DNA of 64,000 bases, taken from the NCBI GenBank assembly GCA_964631685.1, contig CAZVZU010000004.1, forward strand, positions 81,403 through 145,402, read 5' to 3'. Shown here in pieces: positions 19,935 through 31,849 of this stretch (within the stretch, counting starts at the first letter, position 1; each line of letters starts with the position of its first letter). The notes under the pieces were generated by a model. The model was given only the letters and a program-made list of their open reading frames with translations. It was not told the DNA's origin and did not search any database. Source of the DNA: an uncultured Actinomycetes bacterium (GTDB lineage Bacteria; SZUA-79; Acidulodesulfobacterales; Acidulodesulfobacteraceae). A program made the translations under genes and the position numbers.

Positions 19935-21125
19935 ATGAAAAAAAGTACAATAATAATCTCAATAATAATAATTCTGGTTTTATTATCCGTTTCTTATCCT
20001 TTTATAATGAAATCCGGACATAAAAGACCCAGATACAAGCTTTACATAATAAATCCGATAACAATACAAAAATATATAACAACATCCGGGATAGCGAACC
20101 CTATGCATACGATAAATGTGGGCACTCAAGTATCAGGAAGATTCACAAAACTTCATGTATGGTACAATTCCGTGGTAAAAAAAGGGCAACTTCTCGCCGA
20201 GATTGATCCTACGGCTTTTATCCAAAAAATAGATCAGGACAAGGCAAATCTTGAATCCGCAGAGGCTAATGTAGCAAAACAAAAGGCGATTTTGTCGTTC
20301 AACAAGCTTACATACTATAGAAACAAAGTGCTATGGAAAGAAAATTTGATAGCCCACGCGAAAGAGCAGGGTACTTTCAGTATATATCTTCAGAGTGCTG
20401 CCCAGCTTAAATATGCCGAAGGTATGGTTAATGCCGTTAATGCCCAACTTGCAATAGATAAAACAAATCTTTCATATACAAAAATATACTCACCGGTCAA
20501 CGGCATAATCATAAATATCAATGTAGTTGTAGGGCAAACGGTCGCTTCAAGCTTTCAAACCCCAAGTCTATTTACTATAGGAGAGAATATCTCTCGAATG
20601 GAGATAGATACTGCCACAAATGAATCTGATCTCGCCGGCATAAAAAAGGGTGATGCCGCATCATTCACCGTCTACGCTCATCCCAATAAGACAATATGGG
20701 GATATGTACATAATATTAGAATAAACCCTACGACCGTTTCAGGTGTCGTAAACTATAATGTCACAATATATTTCAATAATAAACACGGGCTGGTTCTTCC
20801 TGGGATGACCGCAATTGCAAAAATATATACATTGAAAAGAAAGAATATTCTCGGCGTCCCAAATTCTGCATTGAGGTTCATTCCAAAAAACGAAAACAAA
20901 ACAGTTTTATATAATTTATCTAAAAACCTCAGGGTCGGCTACGGGGTTGTATGGATATTAAAAAATAAAGAAAAACCCAAACCCGTCATAGTTAAACTGG
21001 GGATAAACAACGATAACTACACGCAGATTATCTCTAAATATGTTAAAACCGGAACGAGGGTAATAATCGGTTTAAAGACTAATTTCCAGACTGCCTCGTC
21101 CACTAACAAAAGATCATTTTTATAG
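19935..21125 (+). CDS. MacA-like periplasmic adaptor subunit
   Basis: N-terminal anchor, VGTQVSG, VKKGQLLAEIDP, IYSPVNG, GQTVASSFQTP. Confidence 0.9.
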   Translation: MKKSTIIISIIIILVLLSVSYPFIMKSGHKRPRYKLYIINPITIQKYITTSGIANPMHTINVGTQVSGRFTKLHVWYNSVVKKGQLLAEIDPTAFIQKIDQDKANLESAEANVAKQKAILSFNKLTYYRNKVLWKENLIAHAKEQGTFSIYLQSAAQLKYAEGMVNAVNAQLAIDKTNLSYTKIYSPVNGIIININVVVGQTVASSFQTPSLFTIGENISRMEIDTATNESDLAGIKKGDAASFTVYAHPNKTIWGYVHNIRINPTTVSGVVNYNVTIYFNNKHGLVLPGMTAIAKIYTLKRKNILGVPNSALRFIPKNENKTVLYNLSKNLRVGYGVVWILKNKEKPKPVIVKLGINNDNYTQIISKYVKTGTRVIIGLKTNFQTASSTNKRSFL

Positions 21126-21142
21126 ATTTTTTATATTACTTT

Positions 21143-21865
21143 ATGGAACATAAAAACATTAAAACCCACCTGATAGAGCTTGAAAATATCGGGATGATAT
21201 ATAAAATAGGCGATGTTTCCTATGAAGTTTTGATGGAGATAAATTTGAATATCGATAAAGGAGAGTTTGTTTCTATAATGGGGGCGTCAGGCTCTGGTAA
21301 ATCCACTCTACTGAATATATTAGGGTGCCTTGATAGGCCCACATCTGGAAGATATTTTCTTGAAGGCAGGGATATATCAAGCTTAACCCCTGATGAACTT
21401 GCCGGAGTAAGAAACACAAAAATAGGCTTTGTTTTCCAAGGCTTCAATCTTATCCAGAGACTTTCAATAGTTGAAAACGTAGAACTCCCCCTATATTACT
21501 CCGGACTACCATCATCTGTAGCCACCGAGATGGCAATGGAAGCATTAAAACTTGTAGATATGCCGGACACGGGGAATAAATTTCCTAATCAGATATCAGG
21601 CGGGGAGCAGCAAAGGGTCGCAATAGCAAGGGCAATTATAAACAATGCGCCGATAATTATGGCCGATGAACCTACCGGCAACCTTGATTCCCATAGAGGC
21701 GCAGATGTGATGAATTTTTTTCAAAAGATTAACGAGGAAAGAAAATCTACAATCATTCTAGTGTCACACGATAAAGACATAGCCGGTTACGGAAAAAGGC
21801 TTATAACCGTTAAAGACGGGAGGATTATGCCACCCATTTCCAATATACAACAATTTATCAACTAA
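21143..21865 (+). CDS. ABC transporter ATP-binding protein (MacB/LolD-like)
   Basis: GASGSGKST, ISGGEQQR, ADEPTGNLD. Confidence 0.93.
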   Translation: MEHKNIKTHLIELENIGMIYKIGDVSYEVLMEINLNIDKGEFVSIMGASGSGKSTLLNILGCLDRPTSGRYFLEGRDISSLTPDELAGVRNTKIGFVFQGFNLIQRLSIVENVELPLYYSGLPSSVATEMAMEALKLVDMPDTGNKFPNQISGGEQQRVAIARAIINNAPIIMADEPTGNLDSHRGADVMNFFQKINEERKSTIILVSHDKDIAGYGKRLITVKDGRIMPPISNIQQFIN

Positions 21866-21881
21866 CCTATTAATCAACCCA

Positions 21882-23111
21882 ATGAAAAAAGTAAAATTTG
21901 CATTTTTTTTGGACATAAAATCGGCGTATAAAACACTTCTTAGAAATAAAATAAGGTCTCTTTTAACAATACTCGGAATAATTATTGGCGTAGGCTCCGT
22001 TATCGCAACGGTAAGTATTGGACAAGGAGCCTCGGAAGCCATACAAAATTCCATCAAGTCCATGGGATCCAATCTGCTCATAATTCTTCCGGGTTCATCC
22101 TCTACAGGGGGCATCAGAGGCGGGCTTGGAGCATTACCAACATTGACATTAGGCGATGTTTATGCAATAAAAAAACTACGCGCCGTTAAAGCAGCTTCGG
22201 GAAATTTCGGCACGGTTCGGCAAATAATATGGCGCGGAAACAACTGGTCGACCTTTATCATGGGCGCAAACTCAACATTTCCATTAATTAGAGACTGGCC
22301 ATCAGCAAGAGGTGTATTTTTTGACCGGCAACAGGTCTTATCGGCATCAAATGTAGCTGTTATAGGCAATACGGCAGCAACTGAGCTTTTTGGACTAATG
22401 AATCCGCTAGGACGCATAATACTCATAAAGAACATTCCTTTTACAATAATTGGACTTTTATCCGTCAAGGGCTTTAATGCATTCGGCCGAGATCAGGATG
22501 ATACGGTAATAATACCGATAACTACGATGTTGAAAAAGATTGCGGGAACTACATGGGTACACGCTATAACTGTATCCGCAAGATCAAAAAAAGACACATC
22601 CATAGCTCAATCGGAAATCACGATACTTTTAAGGCAAAGACATCATATCCCCCCACACAAACCAAACGATTTTTTTGTAAGAAATCTTGCCCAAATTGCA
22701 AAAACCGTAAGCTCCAGCGCAAATATCTTTACTATCCTTTTGGGAAGTATAGCTACGGTATCTCTACTTGTCGGGGGCATAGGAATAATGAATATAATGC
22801 TTGTTTCCGTCACTGAAAGGACTAAGGAGATAGGAATCAGAATGGCTATAGGGGCCAAAAGAAAAGATATTTTAAAACAATTTTTGATCGAATCTGCAAT
22901 GTTAAGTCTTTTTGGTGGAATACTAGGCATCGCCTGCGGTATTGGCCTTTCAGATGTTATATCTGTTTTTTCACCATTTAAAACCATAGTCACTATTGAG
23001 CCTATCGTGATCTCATTAATATTCTCATTAGCAGTAGGTATCTTTTTCGGATTCTATCCTGCATACAAGGCATCCAAAATGAATCCGGTAGAGGCACTGA
23101 GATACGAATAG
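21882..23111 (+). CDS. MacB-like ABC transporter permease
   Basis: RSLLTILGIIIG, GGIGIMNIMLVSVTERTKEIGIR, PVEALRYE. Confidence 0.93.
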   Translation: MKKVKFAFFLDIKSAYKTLLRNKIRSLLTILGIIIGVGSVIATVSIGQGASEAIQNSIKSMGSNLLIILPGSSSTGGIRGGLGALPTLTLGDVYAIKKLRAVKAASGNFGTVRQIIWRGNNWSTFIMGANSTFPLIRDWPSARGVFFDRQQVLSASNVAVIGNTAATELFGLMNPLGRIILIKNIPFTIIGLLSVKGFNAFGRDQDDTVIIPITTMLKKIAGTTWVHAITVSARSKKDTSIAQSEITILLRQRHHIPPHKPNDFFVRNLAQIAKTVSSSANIFTILLGSIATVSLLVGGIGIMNIMLVSVTERTKEIGIRMAIGAKRKDILKQFLIESAMLSLFGGILGIACGIGLSDVISVFSPFKTIVTIEPIVISLIFSLAVGIFFGFYPAYKASKMNPVEALRYE

Positions 23112-23125
23112 ACACTCACAACTAC

Positions 23126-23452
23126 TTAGTCTATGCATTTTTCTATTGTCTGATTGAACGCAGTAATATCCGGATTTACGCCTTCATAAAGACATGCGCC
23201 CGCCGCTTTTAATCCCTCTACAAAATCCTCGCCCGATATATATATATCGTTAGAAGGCTCAATAAGTTTTCCTTCAATCATAACACAAGGACCATCAGGA
23301 TCGTTTTTATCCCTAAAGTCTGACGGAATTATCGAGATCTTAACATTTCTAAATGTCGAAATAATGAGCCATGCAACAGAAGAATACATCTTGCATCTCC
23401 CGTGCGGAGGGCATTTGGTGATAATTTTTACTTCGACAGGTTCGCTCTCCAT
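23126..23452 (-). CDS. hypothetical protein, possible thioredoxin-like fold
   Basis: 108 aa with AGAGGGG SD; beta-strand then CPPHGRC, later GPCVMIEGK. Confidence 0.65.
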   Translation of the reverse strand: MESEPVEVKIITKCPPHGRCKMYSSVAWLIISTFRNVKISIIPSDFRDKNDPDGPCVMIEGKLIEPSNDIYISGEDFVEGLKAAGACLYEGVNPDITAFNQTIEKCID

Positions 23453-23641
23453 ACTTAATCATCCCCTCTTGTTTTGCATTTTAATTAAACATATCTTAAA
23501 CCGCATTTAAGTGATAATATACAATTACGCTGTCCGCTTCCAAATTATTTGTATTTCTGTTATATTAGTAACATATATAATTATTTAGTTGCATTATAAC
23601 ATAACACAAAAAATATGAATATCTAAGGTTTTGTCAGCCAT

Positions 23642-24286
23642 ATGTTCAAGGCATTAAAAGAAAATATAAATTCGGTTTATGAAAGAGACCCTGCAGCAAG
23701 GAATATATTGGAAGTATTATTGTGCTATCCGGGGCTTCATGCGATATGTTTCCATAAAATTGCACATTTTTTATGGAAACATCAGCTACGACTTTTGGCA
23801 AGATTAATATCTCAGCTTGGAAGGTTTATTACTGCCATAGAGATTCATCCCGGGGCCAAGATTGGCAGGAGATTTTTTATTGACCACGGGATGGGGATAG
23901 TTATCGGGGAAACAGCCGAGATAGGCGATGACGTTACTATGTATCATGGTGTTACGCTTGGCGGGACAAGCTGGAAAAAGGAAAAAAGGCATCCAACAAT
24001 AGAAGATAGGGTCATAATAGGCACAGGGGCAAAGATATTAGGACCGCTTGTTGTTGGGCACGATTCTAAAATTGGCGCAAATTCTGTTGTAGTGAGCGCT
24101 GTTATGCCCCATTCGACGGTTGTGGGAATACCTGCAAAATCTACAAAAAGGGATGAGTCAGAGGTACATAGGAATGTCGATCTCGAACACGATAGGTTGT
24201 TTGACCCCGCTTTTTATGAAATTTCTATTCTAAAATCCAAAATATCGGAACTTGAAGAAAAGATTCGAGACATTAAAGAACGATAA
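23642..24286 (+). CDS. cysE: serine O-acetyltransferase
   Basis: [26 protein letters not shown]. Confidence 0.96.
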   Translation: MFKALKENINSVYERDPAARNILEVLLCYPGLHAICFHKIAHFLWKHQLRLLARLISQLGRFITAIEIHPGAKIGRRFFIDHGMGIVIGETAEIGDDVTMYHGVTLGGTSWKKEKRHPTIEDRVIIGTGAKILGPLVVGHDSKIGANSVVVSAVMPHSTVVGIPAKSTKRDESEVHRNVDLEHDRLFDPAFYEISILKSKISELEEKIRDIKER

Positions 24287-24341
24287 ATCGGAAATAAACC
24301 TATATAGTTTAAAAACATCGACAATTGGAGTGTTAAAATAA

Positions 24342-24809
24342 ATGAGACTTTCATCGAAAGGGCAATATGCCGTCAGGGCTATAATAGACTTGTCGTATTA
24401 TTCCAGAAACAGCCTCGCACCAATCAGCTTAAAAGATATAGCTAAAAGAGAATCTATATCAATTCACTATTTGGAACAGATATTTTTTACACTGAAAAAA
24501 GCGAATATAGTGCGAAGCTTAAGAGGGCCAAATGGCGGATACGTGCTCAATAAGAAACCGTCAGAGATTCTGATAGGCGAAATAATAGCCTCCGTGGAAC
24601 CCATTGAAATCATCAGCTGTATAAGCAAGGCTAAAAACAAAAAGGGGTGTGAAAGAAAATCCGTTTGCCTCGCTTTCGATATGTGGAATTCGATCTCAAC
24701 AAAAATAACAGAATTTTTGAACTCTATCACTATCGAAGATGTTATAAGTGAATATGAGCATAAACAAAAATCAAACAGCGGAATTATTAAGAAAACTTGC
24801 AAAGATTAG
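24342..24809 (+). CDS. Rrf2 family transcriptional regulator (IscR/CymR-like)
   Basis: MRLSSKGQYAVR, YLEQIF, SLRGPNGGY, three C-terminal Cys. Confidence 0.9.
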   Translation: MRLSSKGQYAVRAIIDLSYYSRNSLAPISLKDIAKRESISIHYLEQIFFTLKKANIVRSLRGPNGGYVLNKKPSEILIGEIIASVEPIEIISCISKAKNKKGCERKSVCLAFDMWNSISTKITEFLNSITIEDVISEYEHKQKSNSGIIKKTCKD

Positions 24810-24848
24810 TCGCAATCTTACAATTAATGTAACCTTAAATTTTACTAA

Positions 24849-26018
24849 ATGCCAAGAATTTATTTAGATTATAACGCAACAACACCGTTGGACCCTATAG
24901 TTTTGAAAGAGGTAATCAACACCCTGAAAAATTTTCAGGGAAACCCCTCCAGCGTGTACGAAGAGGGAAGAGCGGCAAGAATTTTAATAGAAGACTCAAG
25001 AGATTTCGTTAAATCGTTTCTGGACGCAAATAGCAGTGATGAGGTGATTTTTACCTCTTCCGGTTCAGAGTCACTTAATCTTGCTATTATCGGTACCGCG
25101 TACGCATATAAAAGGCTCAATAAAAATTCAATACCTCATATAATAACATCCAAGGTGGAACATCAAGCAGTTCAAAGCGCATTTAAATTCCTGGAATCGC
25201 AAGGGGTGGAGACAACCTATATTGATATCAATGAATTCGGAGAATTAATCATTGATGACCTTATTTCAAGTATCAAGGAAAACACTATATTGGTTTCAAT
25301 CATGGGGGCAAACAATGAGACAGGTACAATATTTCCTATAAAACAGATATTTAAAGCCGTGAAAAATACAAGGGACGACATTTTATGTCACAGCGATCTG
25401 GTTCAAATTATAGGAAAAAACAGTTTTAATCTCAAGGATGTCCCTCTAGACTTATGTAGTTTTTCCGGTCACAAGTTTTATGCCCTCAAGGGATGTGGCG
25501 TTTTATACATGAAAAAGGGAGTAAAAATAGACCCGATAATATACGGCGGACATCAAGAAAGAGGGCTAAGGGCAGGAACAGAAAACACGGCAGGGATTGT
25601 CTCCATCGCCAAAGGGCTCGGCGTCTTTAAAGACAATATGGATAATGAAATTAAAACTATAAGTGCTTTGGGTAATATTTTCTTAGATAAACTTTTTTCT
25701 ACCATCGAGGGTATAAAGCTTAACGGTCATCCGGTTAATAGGCTTAAGAACACTGCAAATGTCTCTTTTGACGGGGTGAAAGCAGAGTCATTATTGTTTA
25801 ATCTCGACCTTTACGGAATAAGCGCATCGGCCGGTTCTGCTTGTAATGCCGGAGCAATATCCTTGTCTCATGTTTTACGGGCTCACGGTTACGACATAAA
25901 AAGGATTGAATCAGCAATTAGATTTAGCATCGGAAGATTTACAACATTGGGTGACTTAGATTATGCGGTAAGCGCTATAAAAAAAGGGGTTTTAAAACTT
26001 CGGGCAATCTCCGCGTAA
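24849..26018 (+). CDS. iscS: cysteine desulfurase
   Basis: [27 protein letters not shown]. Confidence 0.92.
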   Translation: MPRIYLDYNATTPLDPIVLKEVINTLKNFQGNPSSVYEEGRAARILIEDSRDFVKSFLDANSSDEVIFTSSGSESLNLAIIGTAYAYKRLNKNSIPHIITSKVEHQAVQSAFKFLESQGVETTYIDINEFGELIIDDLISSIKENTILVSIMGANNETGTIFPIKQIFKAVKNTRDDILCHSDLVQIIGKNSFNLKDVPLDLCSFSGHKFYALKGCGVLYMKKGVKIDPIIYGGHQERGLRAGTENTAGIVSIAKGLGVFKDNMDNEIKTISALGNIFLDKLFSTIEGIKLNGHPVNRLKNTANVSFDGVKAESLLFNLDLYGISASAGSACNAGAISLSHVLRAHGYDIKRIESAIRFSIGRFTTLGDLDYAVSAIKKGVLKLRAISA

Positions 26019-26053
26019 AAATTATCAAATTTAATCATATCAATAGCGTATTA

Positions 26054-27148
26054 ATGTTTATAAAAGCGAAAAAGACCATCGCGGTCGCAATGTCTGGCGG
26101 CGTTGACAGCTCCGTCAGCGCGATAATGCTTAAAAAAAGAGGATACAATGTCATTGGCGTCTCAATGCATCTGTTTAGTGCGGATAACGCTAGCGAAACA
26201 AAAACGTGTTGCAGTACAAATGATATTCTTGATGCCAAGAAGGTATGCGTCAAGTTAGGCATACCTCATTTTGTCATAAATCTTGAAGAAAACTTTAAGT
26301 CATCGGTTATAGAACCCTTTGTTGATGAATATGTTAACGGCAGAACGCCTAACCCATGCATATTATGTAACCATATCTTAAAATTCGATATTCTACTAAA
26401 AAGGGTTAGGGAGCTAGATGCTCAATTTATCGCAACGGGTCATTATGCCAGAATAATAAAAAATAAAACCGGCGAATACTTTCTTTTAAAGTCAAACGAT
26501 ATCTTTAAAGACCAGTCTTACGTTCTTTATAATTTAACGCAAGACAGCCTTAAAAGCATTATTTTCCCCCTCGGCGGTTTGAATAAAGAATACACGAGAA
26601 AAATAGCATTGGAATCCGGCTTCAAGCAAATATCAGACAAAAAAGAGAGTATGGAGATATGTTTCATCTCTAATAAAAATTACGCCAAATTTATAAAAAA
26701 ACGGGTTACTCCTTCTATTACCGGCAATGAAGGTCTTATAAAGAACCTAAAGGGCGAGGTATTGGGTAAGCACAGCGGTATTTTTAATTATACGATCGGA
26801 CAACGGAAAGGGCTCGGTTTATCGATGAAAGCTCCTGTATATGTTACAAAAATATCGGCTGACACCAACGAAATATTCGTCGGGACATTAGATAATTGCT
26901 ATAAAAACAAGCTGTACATACAAGACTTTAATTTTATTAACACAGAAAGCAAAGAGAGATTAAACAAAATGCATTTAACCGTCAAAATAAGGTATTCATC
27001 GCCAAACCATAACTGTCAAGCCTTTGCTTTAGAGAATAATATCGTTAAGGTGCTATTTGACGATCCGGTCAAGTTTGTAGCCCCGGGACAGTCCGCAGTT
27101 TTGTATTCCGGTCTTAAGGTTATAGGGGGGGGGATTATATCGCAATGA
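26054..27148 (+). CDS. mnmA: tRNA 2-thiouridine(34) synthase
   Basis: [36 protein letters not shown]. Confidence 0.96.
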   Translation: MFIKAKKTIAVAMSGGVDSSVSAIMLKKRGYNVIGVSMHLFSADNASETKTCCSTNDILDAKKVCVKLGIPHFVINLEENFKSSVIEPFVDEYVNGRTPNPCILCNHILKFDILLKRVRELDAQFIATGHYARIIKNKTGEYFLLKSNDIFKDQSYVLYNLTQDSLKSIIFPLGGLNKEYTRKIALESGFKQISDKKESMEICFISNKNYAKFIKKRVTPSITGNEGLIKNLKGEVLGKHSGIFNYTIGQRKGLGLSMKAPVYVTKISADTNEIFVGTLDNCYKNKLYIQDFNFINTESKERLNKMHLTVKIRYSSPNHNCQAFALENNIVKVLFDDPVKFVAPGQSAVLYSGLKVIGGGIISQ

Positions 27149-28545
27149 ATCTCATGGAAACTATAAGAGATAGCATAATTGATGCATTAAATTTAGATAT
27201 AAACGAAATTAATGCCATTAGGCGTGAGAGCGATACCTTTGATTGCGCTATTATCTCTTCGGGTTGCAAACTGAACCAGTTTGAGTCATCTCAATTTGAA
27301 GAAATACTCAAGCAGTTAAATATAAACATTGTTAAACCGGATTTGACAGCTCGAAACGCAGACTCGGACAAAAATATAAATATTAAATCTAAAAACATTC
27401 GGCTATTTTTATTAAATACATGTTCGGTTACCGAAAGGGCTGATGTCCACACAAACAAGATTATACGAAAAATTAGGAGAAATTACCCTAAATGCCGACT
27501 GATATTGACGGGATGTTCGGTAGAGCTTAATAAAGAGGGTTTATCGTCTATTCCTAACGTAAAATTAATCGATAATACCAAAAAGGCAAGATTATTGAAA
27601 ACCGCTTCGAAAATCTTACCCAATACCATATTGAATCAAAATAGAACAAGACCATATCTTAAGATACAAGAGGGATGCGATACAAAATGTTCATTTTGTA
27701 TCATACCCAAGGCAAGACCTGCCAAATGGTCCTTAGAGATTAAAGATGTCCTAAATTCCATTGAAGGACTCGATAACTTGGGATATAAAGAGGTTATACT
27801 TACGGGCGTAAATATCGGTTCCTATGAAATACCTAATAAGATACATAAAGATGAGCAAAGTCGAGGTCTAAAAGAATTATTAAAAAGAATTGAGGGATTG
27901 AACACATCTATAAAAATAAGAATAAGTTCTATAGACCCACTTTATTTTGACGACGAACTAATTGAGATTCTAGCCAACAGCAAAAAAATACAAAACCATT
28001 TTCATATTCCATTACAGAGTGCCTCAAATAGGATACTTTCGCTAATGAATAGGCATTATAATTTTGAGTATTACATGGATATTGTCTGTAAACTGACCGA
28101 TAAGATAAAAGATGTTGCGATAGGTACTGATATTATAAGTGGTTTCCCGTCTGAAACGAAACATGATTTTTCTGAAACTGTCAACAACTTGGCTAAATTG
28201 CCTATTTATTATATTCATGCATTTTCATACTCGGATAGGTCCGGCACTGAGGCGTCACTTATGAAACCGAAGGTACATAATCAGATTATCAAGCAAAGAA
28301 CCAATGAAATTATAAAAATTTCATTGCAGAAGAAAATAGACTTTCATCTCAGATTTAAAAATAGATCATTAGAATTCTTGAGTCTTCCCGCCGATAAGGC
28401 GATAAGCTCAAATTACATAAAAGCAAAACTAATAGAAAATAACCCTACGCTACCTAAAGGCAGACTATTTAAGGGTAATATAGTAGAAACCGATAATTTA
28501 GATACCAAAGATGAAGTGTTAATCACTTTCGGAAATTTTATTTAA
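27145..28545 (+). CDS. mtaB: tRNA methylthiotransferase, MtaB-like radical SAM
   Basis: [37 protein letters not shown]. Confidence 0.85.
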   Translation: MNLMETIRDSIIDALNLDINEINAIRRESDTFDCAIISSGCKLNQFESSQFEEILKQLNINIVKPDLTARNADSDKNINIKSKNIRLFLLNTCSVTERADVHTNKIIRKIRRNYPKCRLILTGCSVELNKEGLSSIPNVKLIDNTKKARLLKTASKILPNTILNQNRTRPYLKIQEGCDTKCSFCIIPKARPAKWSLEIKDVLNSIEGLDNLGYKEVILTGVNIGSYEIPNKIHKDEQSRGLKELLKRIEGLNTSIKIRISSIDPLYFDDELIEILANSKKIQNHFHIPLQSASNRILSLMNRHYNFEYYMDIVCKLTDKIKDVAIGTDIISGFPSETKHDFSETVNNLAKLPIYYIHAFSYSDRSGTEASLMKPKVHNQIIKQRTNEIIKISLQKKIDFHLRFKNRSLEFLSLPADKAISSNYIKAKLIENNPTLPKGRLFKGNIVETDNLDTKDEVLITFGNFI

Positions 28546-28560
28546 AACACAATAAGCTAA

Positions 28561-29247
28561 ATGAATTTTAAGACAATCTATGAAAGATTAGGCTACAATT
28601 TTAAGAATAAAGAACTAATTAGACTTGCCTTCACCCATAAATCCTATGATTGCACATTAAACTATGAAAGGCTTGAGTTTCTTGGAGACGCAATTATAGA
28701 GCTAATTGTCTCGGAATATCTTTATCTAAATTTTAAGGGTTTATTCGAGGGCGAACTCTCACGGAGACGCGCTGTGATAGTCAGTCTTGAAAATCTGTAC
28801 AAAATTGCAGAACATTTAAACATTGCTGAATTTATTGCTTATATCAATGGGAAACATGAAGAGAATTTGAAAAAACAAAAGAATAAAAGAATTATCGGAA
28901 ATGTTTACGAGGCTATAATAGGTGCAATATTCCTAGATTCATCTTACGATAAGGCCAAGAATGTATTCTTGGAACATTTATCAAGATTAATGCCGGAAAT
29001 AAATGAAGAAATTTTTGAAAACAAAGACTTCAAAACAATATTACAGGAGCTTGTGCAAAAACAGTATAATATTGTGCCAAAATATTATACAATAAGAAGA
29101 GATGGACCTGATCATCGCGTAATTTTCACAGTGTGCGTTGACATAGATAATGAAATTCTAGGATATGGGCGCGGTTTATCAAAAAAAATTGCAGAACAAA
29201 TTGCTGCATCAGAAGCATTAAAATCATTCAACAATAAAACCATATGA
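28561..29247 (+). CDS. rnc: ribonuclease III
   Basis: NYERLEFLGDA, EAIIGAIFLD, C-terminal dsRBD. Confidence 0.96.
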   Translation: MNFKTIYERLGYNFKNKELIRLAFTHKSYDCTLNYERLEFLGDAIIELIVSEYLYLNFKGLFEGELSRRRAVIVSLENLYKIAEHLNIAEFIAYINGKHEENLKKQKNKRIIGNVYEAIIGAIFLDSSYDKAKNVFLEHLSRLMPEINEEIFENKDFKTILQELVQKQYNIVPKYYTIRRDGPDHRVIFTVCVDIDNEILGYGRGLSKKIAEQIAASEALKSFNNKTI

Positions 29248-30620
29248 CAAAACATAATAACTCTTTAGTAATCCTCATAGGCCGGCCAAATGTAGGCAAA
29301 TCCACCATTTTCAATAAGATGCTCGGCAGCTCGCATGCATTAACTTCAAAGATCTCCGGCACAACATTGGATTTAAATATGAAACCTACATCATACCGTA
29401 ATGTTAATTTTCTAATTTCCGATAGCGGCGGTTTTAATATTTCATCTTCCGACGAAGCTTCCGCGCAAGAAAAATTATTGGAAAAACAGATAAGGGAACG
29501 TGTTTTTGATTTCACTAAAAAGGCACATATTATTCTTCTTGTTGTTGATTTTAAAAGCGGAATGATACCTGAAGATAAAGAAATATATATGCATCTTGTT
29601 AAAAATATTATCCCTGTTTCAAAAGGGGGCATTGGGGGTACGATTATTCTTGTAATCAACAAGGTTGATTCCGTAGAAAATATTAAAAATGCTATTGTGG
29701 AATTTTCATCCCTCGGGATTAAAAAAATTATTGAGATGAGCGCCGAAAACGGTATGGGCATAGACGACCTCTTAGAGCAAATTGTTAAAGAAATAAAAGC
29801 CCCGGGCAAAGCATCTATGGACTTTTATGAAAATAGCTTAAAAATTGCGATAGTCGGCAGATCCAACAGCGGCAAATCTACATTTATAAACTCTATAACA
29901 AAAGAAGATATTTTGTTTACCGATGAAAAACCGGGTACGACAAGAGATTCAATTGATACTTACCTTAGGTACAAGAAACAAGCAATATCATTAATAGATA
30001 CCTGCGGAATAAGAAAAAAATCAAGGCTGGATATTAATTCAATCGGCTTTCAAAAACAGAGCCTGGCCCAAGTAAAAAGAGCGGATGTCGTAGTAGTCTT
30101 TATAGATATAACTACAGAGATAACCCACGATGATTTGTCGTTATTAAAAATGATAAGTTTAGAGAAAAAACCGTTCATAATAGCCTTTACCAAGTGGGAC
30201 TTAAAGAATGAGGAGTTTAATGTAACGGAGCTCAAAAAAGATATCAAATGTGCACTAAAGGAATTTTCCCATACACCCTATATTTTTATCTCTTCCAAGA
30301 TAAATAAAAACCTGAATAAACTCATAGATATATCTATATCGCTGAATAATGCAAAGAAAATAAAAATCCGGACAAAAGATATCAATAAATTCATAGTGGC
30401 TTCTAAAAACAATGCAAAAACAGTTAGGCTCTTTAAATACATAGCTTACGGAGCGCAAAAAACCGACGCGAACATTCCTACATTTATATTTTTTACAAAC
30501 AACAAACGGAGAATATTCGGAATGGAGGATATAAAATACCTGCGAACCAATATAAAAAACTATTTTAAAATAAAAACAAATGTCGAAGTTCTAATAGAGT
30601 ATAAAAAGTACTCTACTTAA
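29244..30620 (+). CDS. der: ribosome biogenesis GTPase Der
   Basis: Tandem G domains GRPNVGKST and GRSNSGKST, GTTRD. Confidence 0.9.
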   Translation: MTKHNNSLVILIGRPNVGKSTIFNKMLGSSHALTSKISGTTLDLNMKPTSYRNVNFLISDSGGFNISSSDEASAQEKLLEKQIRERVFDFTKKAHIILLVVDFKSGMIPEDKEIYMHLVKNIIPVSKGGIGGTIILVINKVDSVENIKNAIVEFSSLGIKKIIEMSAENGMGIDDLLEQIVKEIKAPGKASMDFYENSLKIAIVGRSNSGKSTFINSITKEDILFTDEKPGTTRDSIDTYLRYKKQAISLIDTCGIRKKSRLDINSIGFQKQSLAQVKRADVVVVFIDITTEITHDDLSLLKMISLEKKPFIIAFTKWDLKNEEFNVTELKKDIKCALKEFSHTPYIFISSKINKNLNKLIDISISLNNAKKIKIRTKDINKFIVASKNNAKTVRLFKYIAYGAQKTDANIPTFIFFTNNKRRIFGMEDIKYLRTNIKNYFKIKTNVEVLIEYKKYST

Positions 30621-30909
30621 TTTTATCAGACAATTCATCCAACCTATTTTCTATCTTATCAATCTTACGTGCTAACTCCTCAATGTCGTAGGTCGAAGCA
30701 AAGTGCATTTCGTCGAGTAAGATGTCGGCTAACTTTTCCTTGATAGCCCTAAATATAACACCCGATTCATACTTCACGGTTTCTATAATCTGATCCGCCG
30801 CTTCTTTGCTTTCCTCATCGGATATATCTACATAATCATCTAATTTTTCCTGCGCCGTGATAGAAAGACCCTTAAGGGCTTTGAGAATCAAATTTATATT
30901 GTCTGACAT
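30613..30909 (-). CDS. hypothetical coiled-coil/phasin-like protein
   Basis: 98 aa with AAGGAAGG SD; C-terminal ASTYDIEELARKIDKIE coiled coil; follows the sdh genes. Confidence 0.65.
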   Translation of the reverse strand: MSDNINLILKALKGLSITAQEKLDDYVDISDEESKEAADQIIETVKYESGVIFRAIKEKLADILLDEMHFASTYDIEELARKIDKIENRLDELSDKIK

Positions 30910-30961
30910 CTGAACCTTCCTTTTAAATTATTTTATTTAGTTACATTTTATATCAATAAAA

Positions 30962-31849
30962 TCAAATACCGTTTTGTTTTACCTTTGCCATAACCGGCCT
31001 AAGGGAAATATTGTGCCTAGAAAAACCCATCTCGGCGTAATCCGCGCCCAATGCAATACCCACTAACTGGGGAAAATGCATTATTGGCAAAGACAACTTT
31101 TTATTAATGCTCTTTGCGGCAACAGTTTGGTATGTATCAAGGCTCAAATGGCAAAGCGGACAAGGAGTTACCATAACATCGGCGTTTTTTTCTTGTGCAT
31201 CAAAAATAGCATTTCCGGCTAAAGAAGTCGAGGTATTTTCATTGACCAGTATAGTCTGAAAACCGCAACACTTTGTCCTGCGCGCATAAGATACAGGCTC
31301 GCCTCCCAACGCCTTAATTAGATCTTCAAACCCCTGAGGATTCTCCGGGTCTTCAAACTTCACAACACTAGAAGGCCTTAATATATGACATCCGTAAAAT
31401 GGAGCTATATTAACCCCTTTGAAACTATTTACAACCTTCTCCTTGAGATTATCAAACCCTATGTCGTCCCTGATAGCATACAAAATGTGTTTAACCTTAA
31501 CCTTGCCCTCGTATTTAAGCCCAATCTTAGAAAGATACTCATTTGTCTTATCCAACGACTCCTTATTATTTATAAGTTCTTCATTAACCTCGCTAAGCGT
31601 TAGGGTGCAAGTATTGCAAATGGTCAATATGTCAAGCCCATCCTTTTCAGCCAAAGCCAATGTTCTGCCGTTTATATAGAGCTTTAAATTTTTATCAAAT
31701 CCGTCAATAACGCCACCACCACAACATGACGCTTCCGGCATAGAGACTAAAGTAATCCCAAGTTTTTCTGCCACATATCTGGTCGCATTGTCAAGCTCCT
31801 TGGCACTTTCTTGTGCCACGCAACCTGGGTAATAAGCATAACTTATCAT
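30962..31849 (-). CDS. CCG-domain (HdrB-like, SdhE-type) subunit of succinate dehydrogenase/fumarate reductase
   Basis: YYPGC, SCCGG, ICNTC, FYGC, KCCG, PCPLC; overlaps the sdhB stop. Confidence 0.87.
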   Translation of the reverse strand: MISYAYYPGCVAQESAKELDNATRYVAEKLGITLVSMPEASCCGGGVIDGFDKNLKLYINGRTLALAEKDGLDILTICNTCTLTLSEVNEELINNKESLDKTNEYLSKIGLKYEGKVKVKHILYAIRDDIGFDNLKEKVVNSFKGVNIAPFYGCHILRPSSVVKFEDPENPQGFEDLIKALGGEPVSYARRTKCCGFQTILVNENTSTSLAGNAIFDAQEKNADVMVTPCPLCHLSLDTYQTVAAKSINKKLSLPIMHFPQLVGIALGADYAEMGFSRHNISLRPVMAKVKQNGI

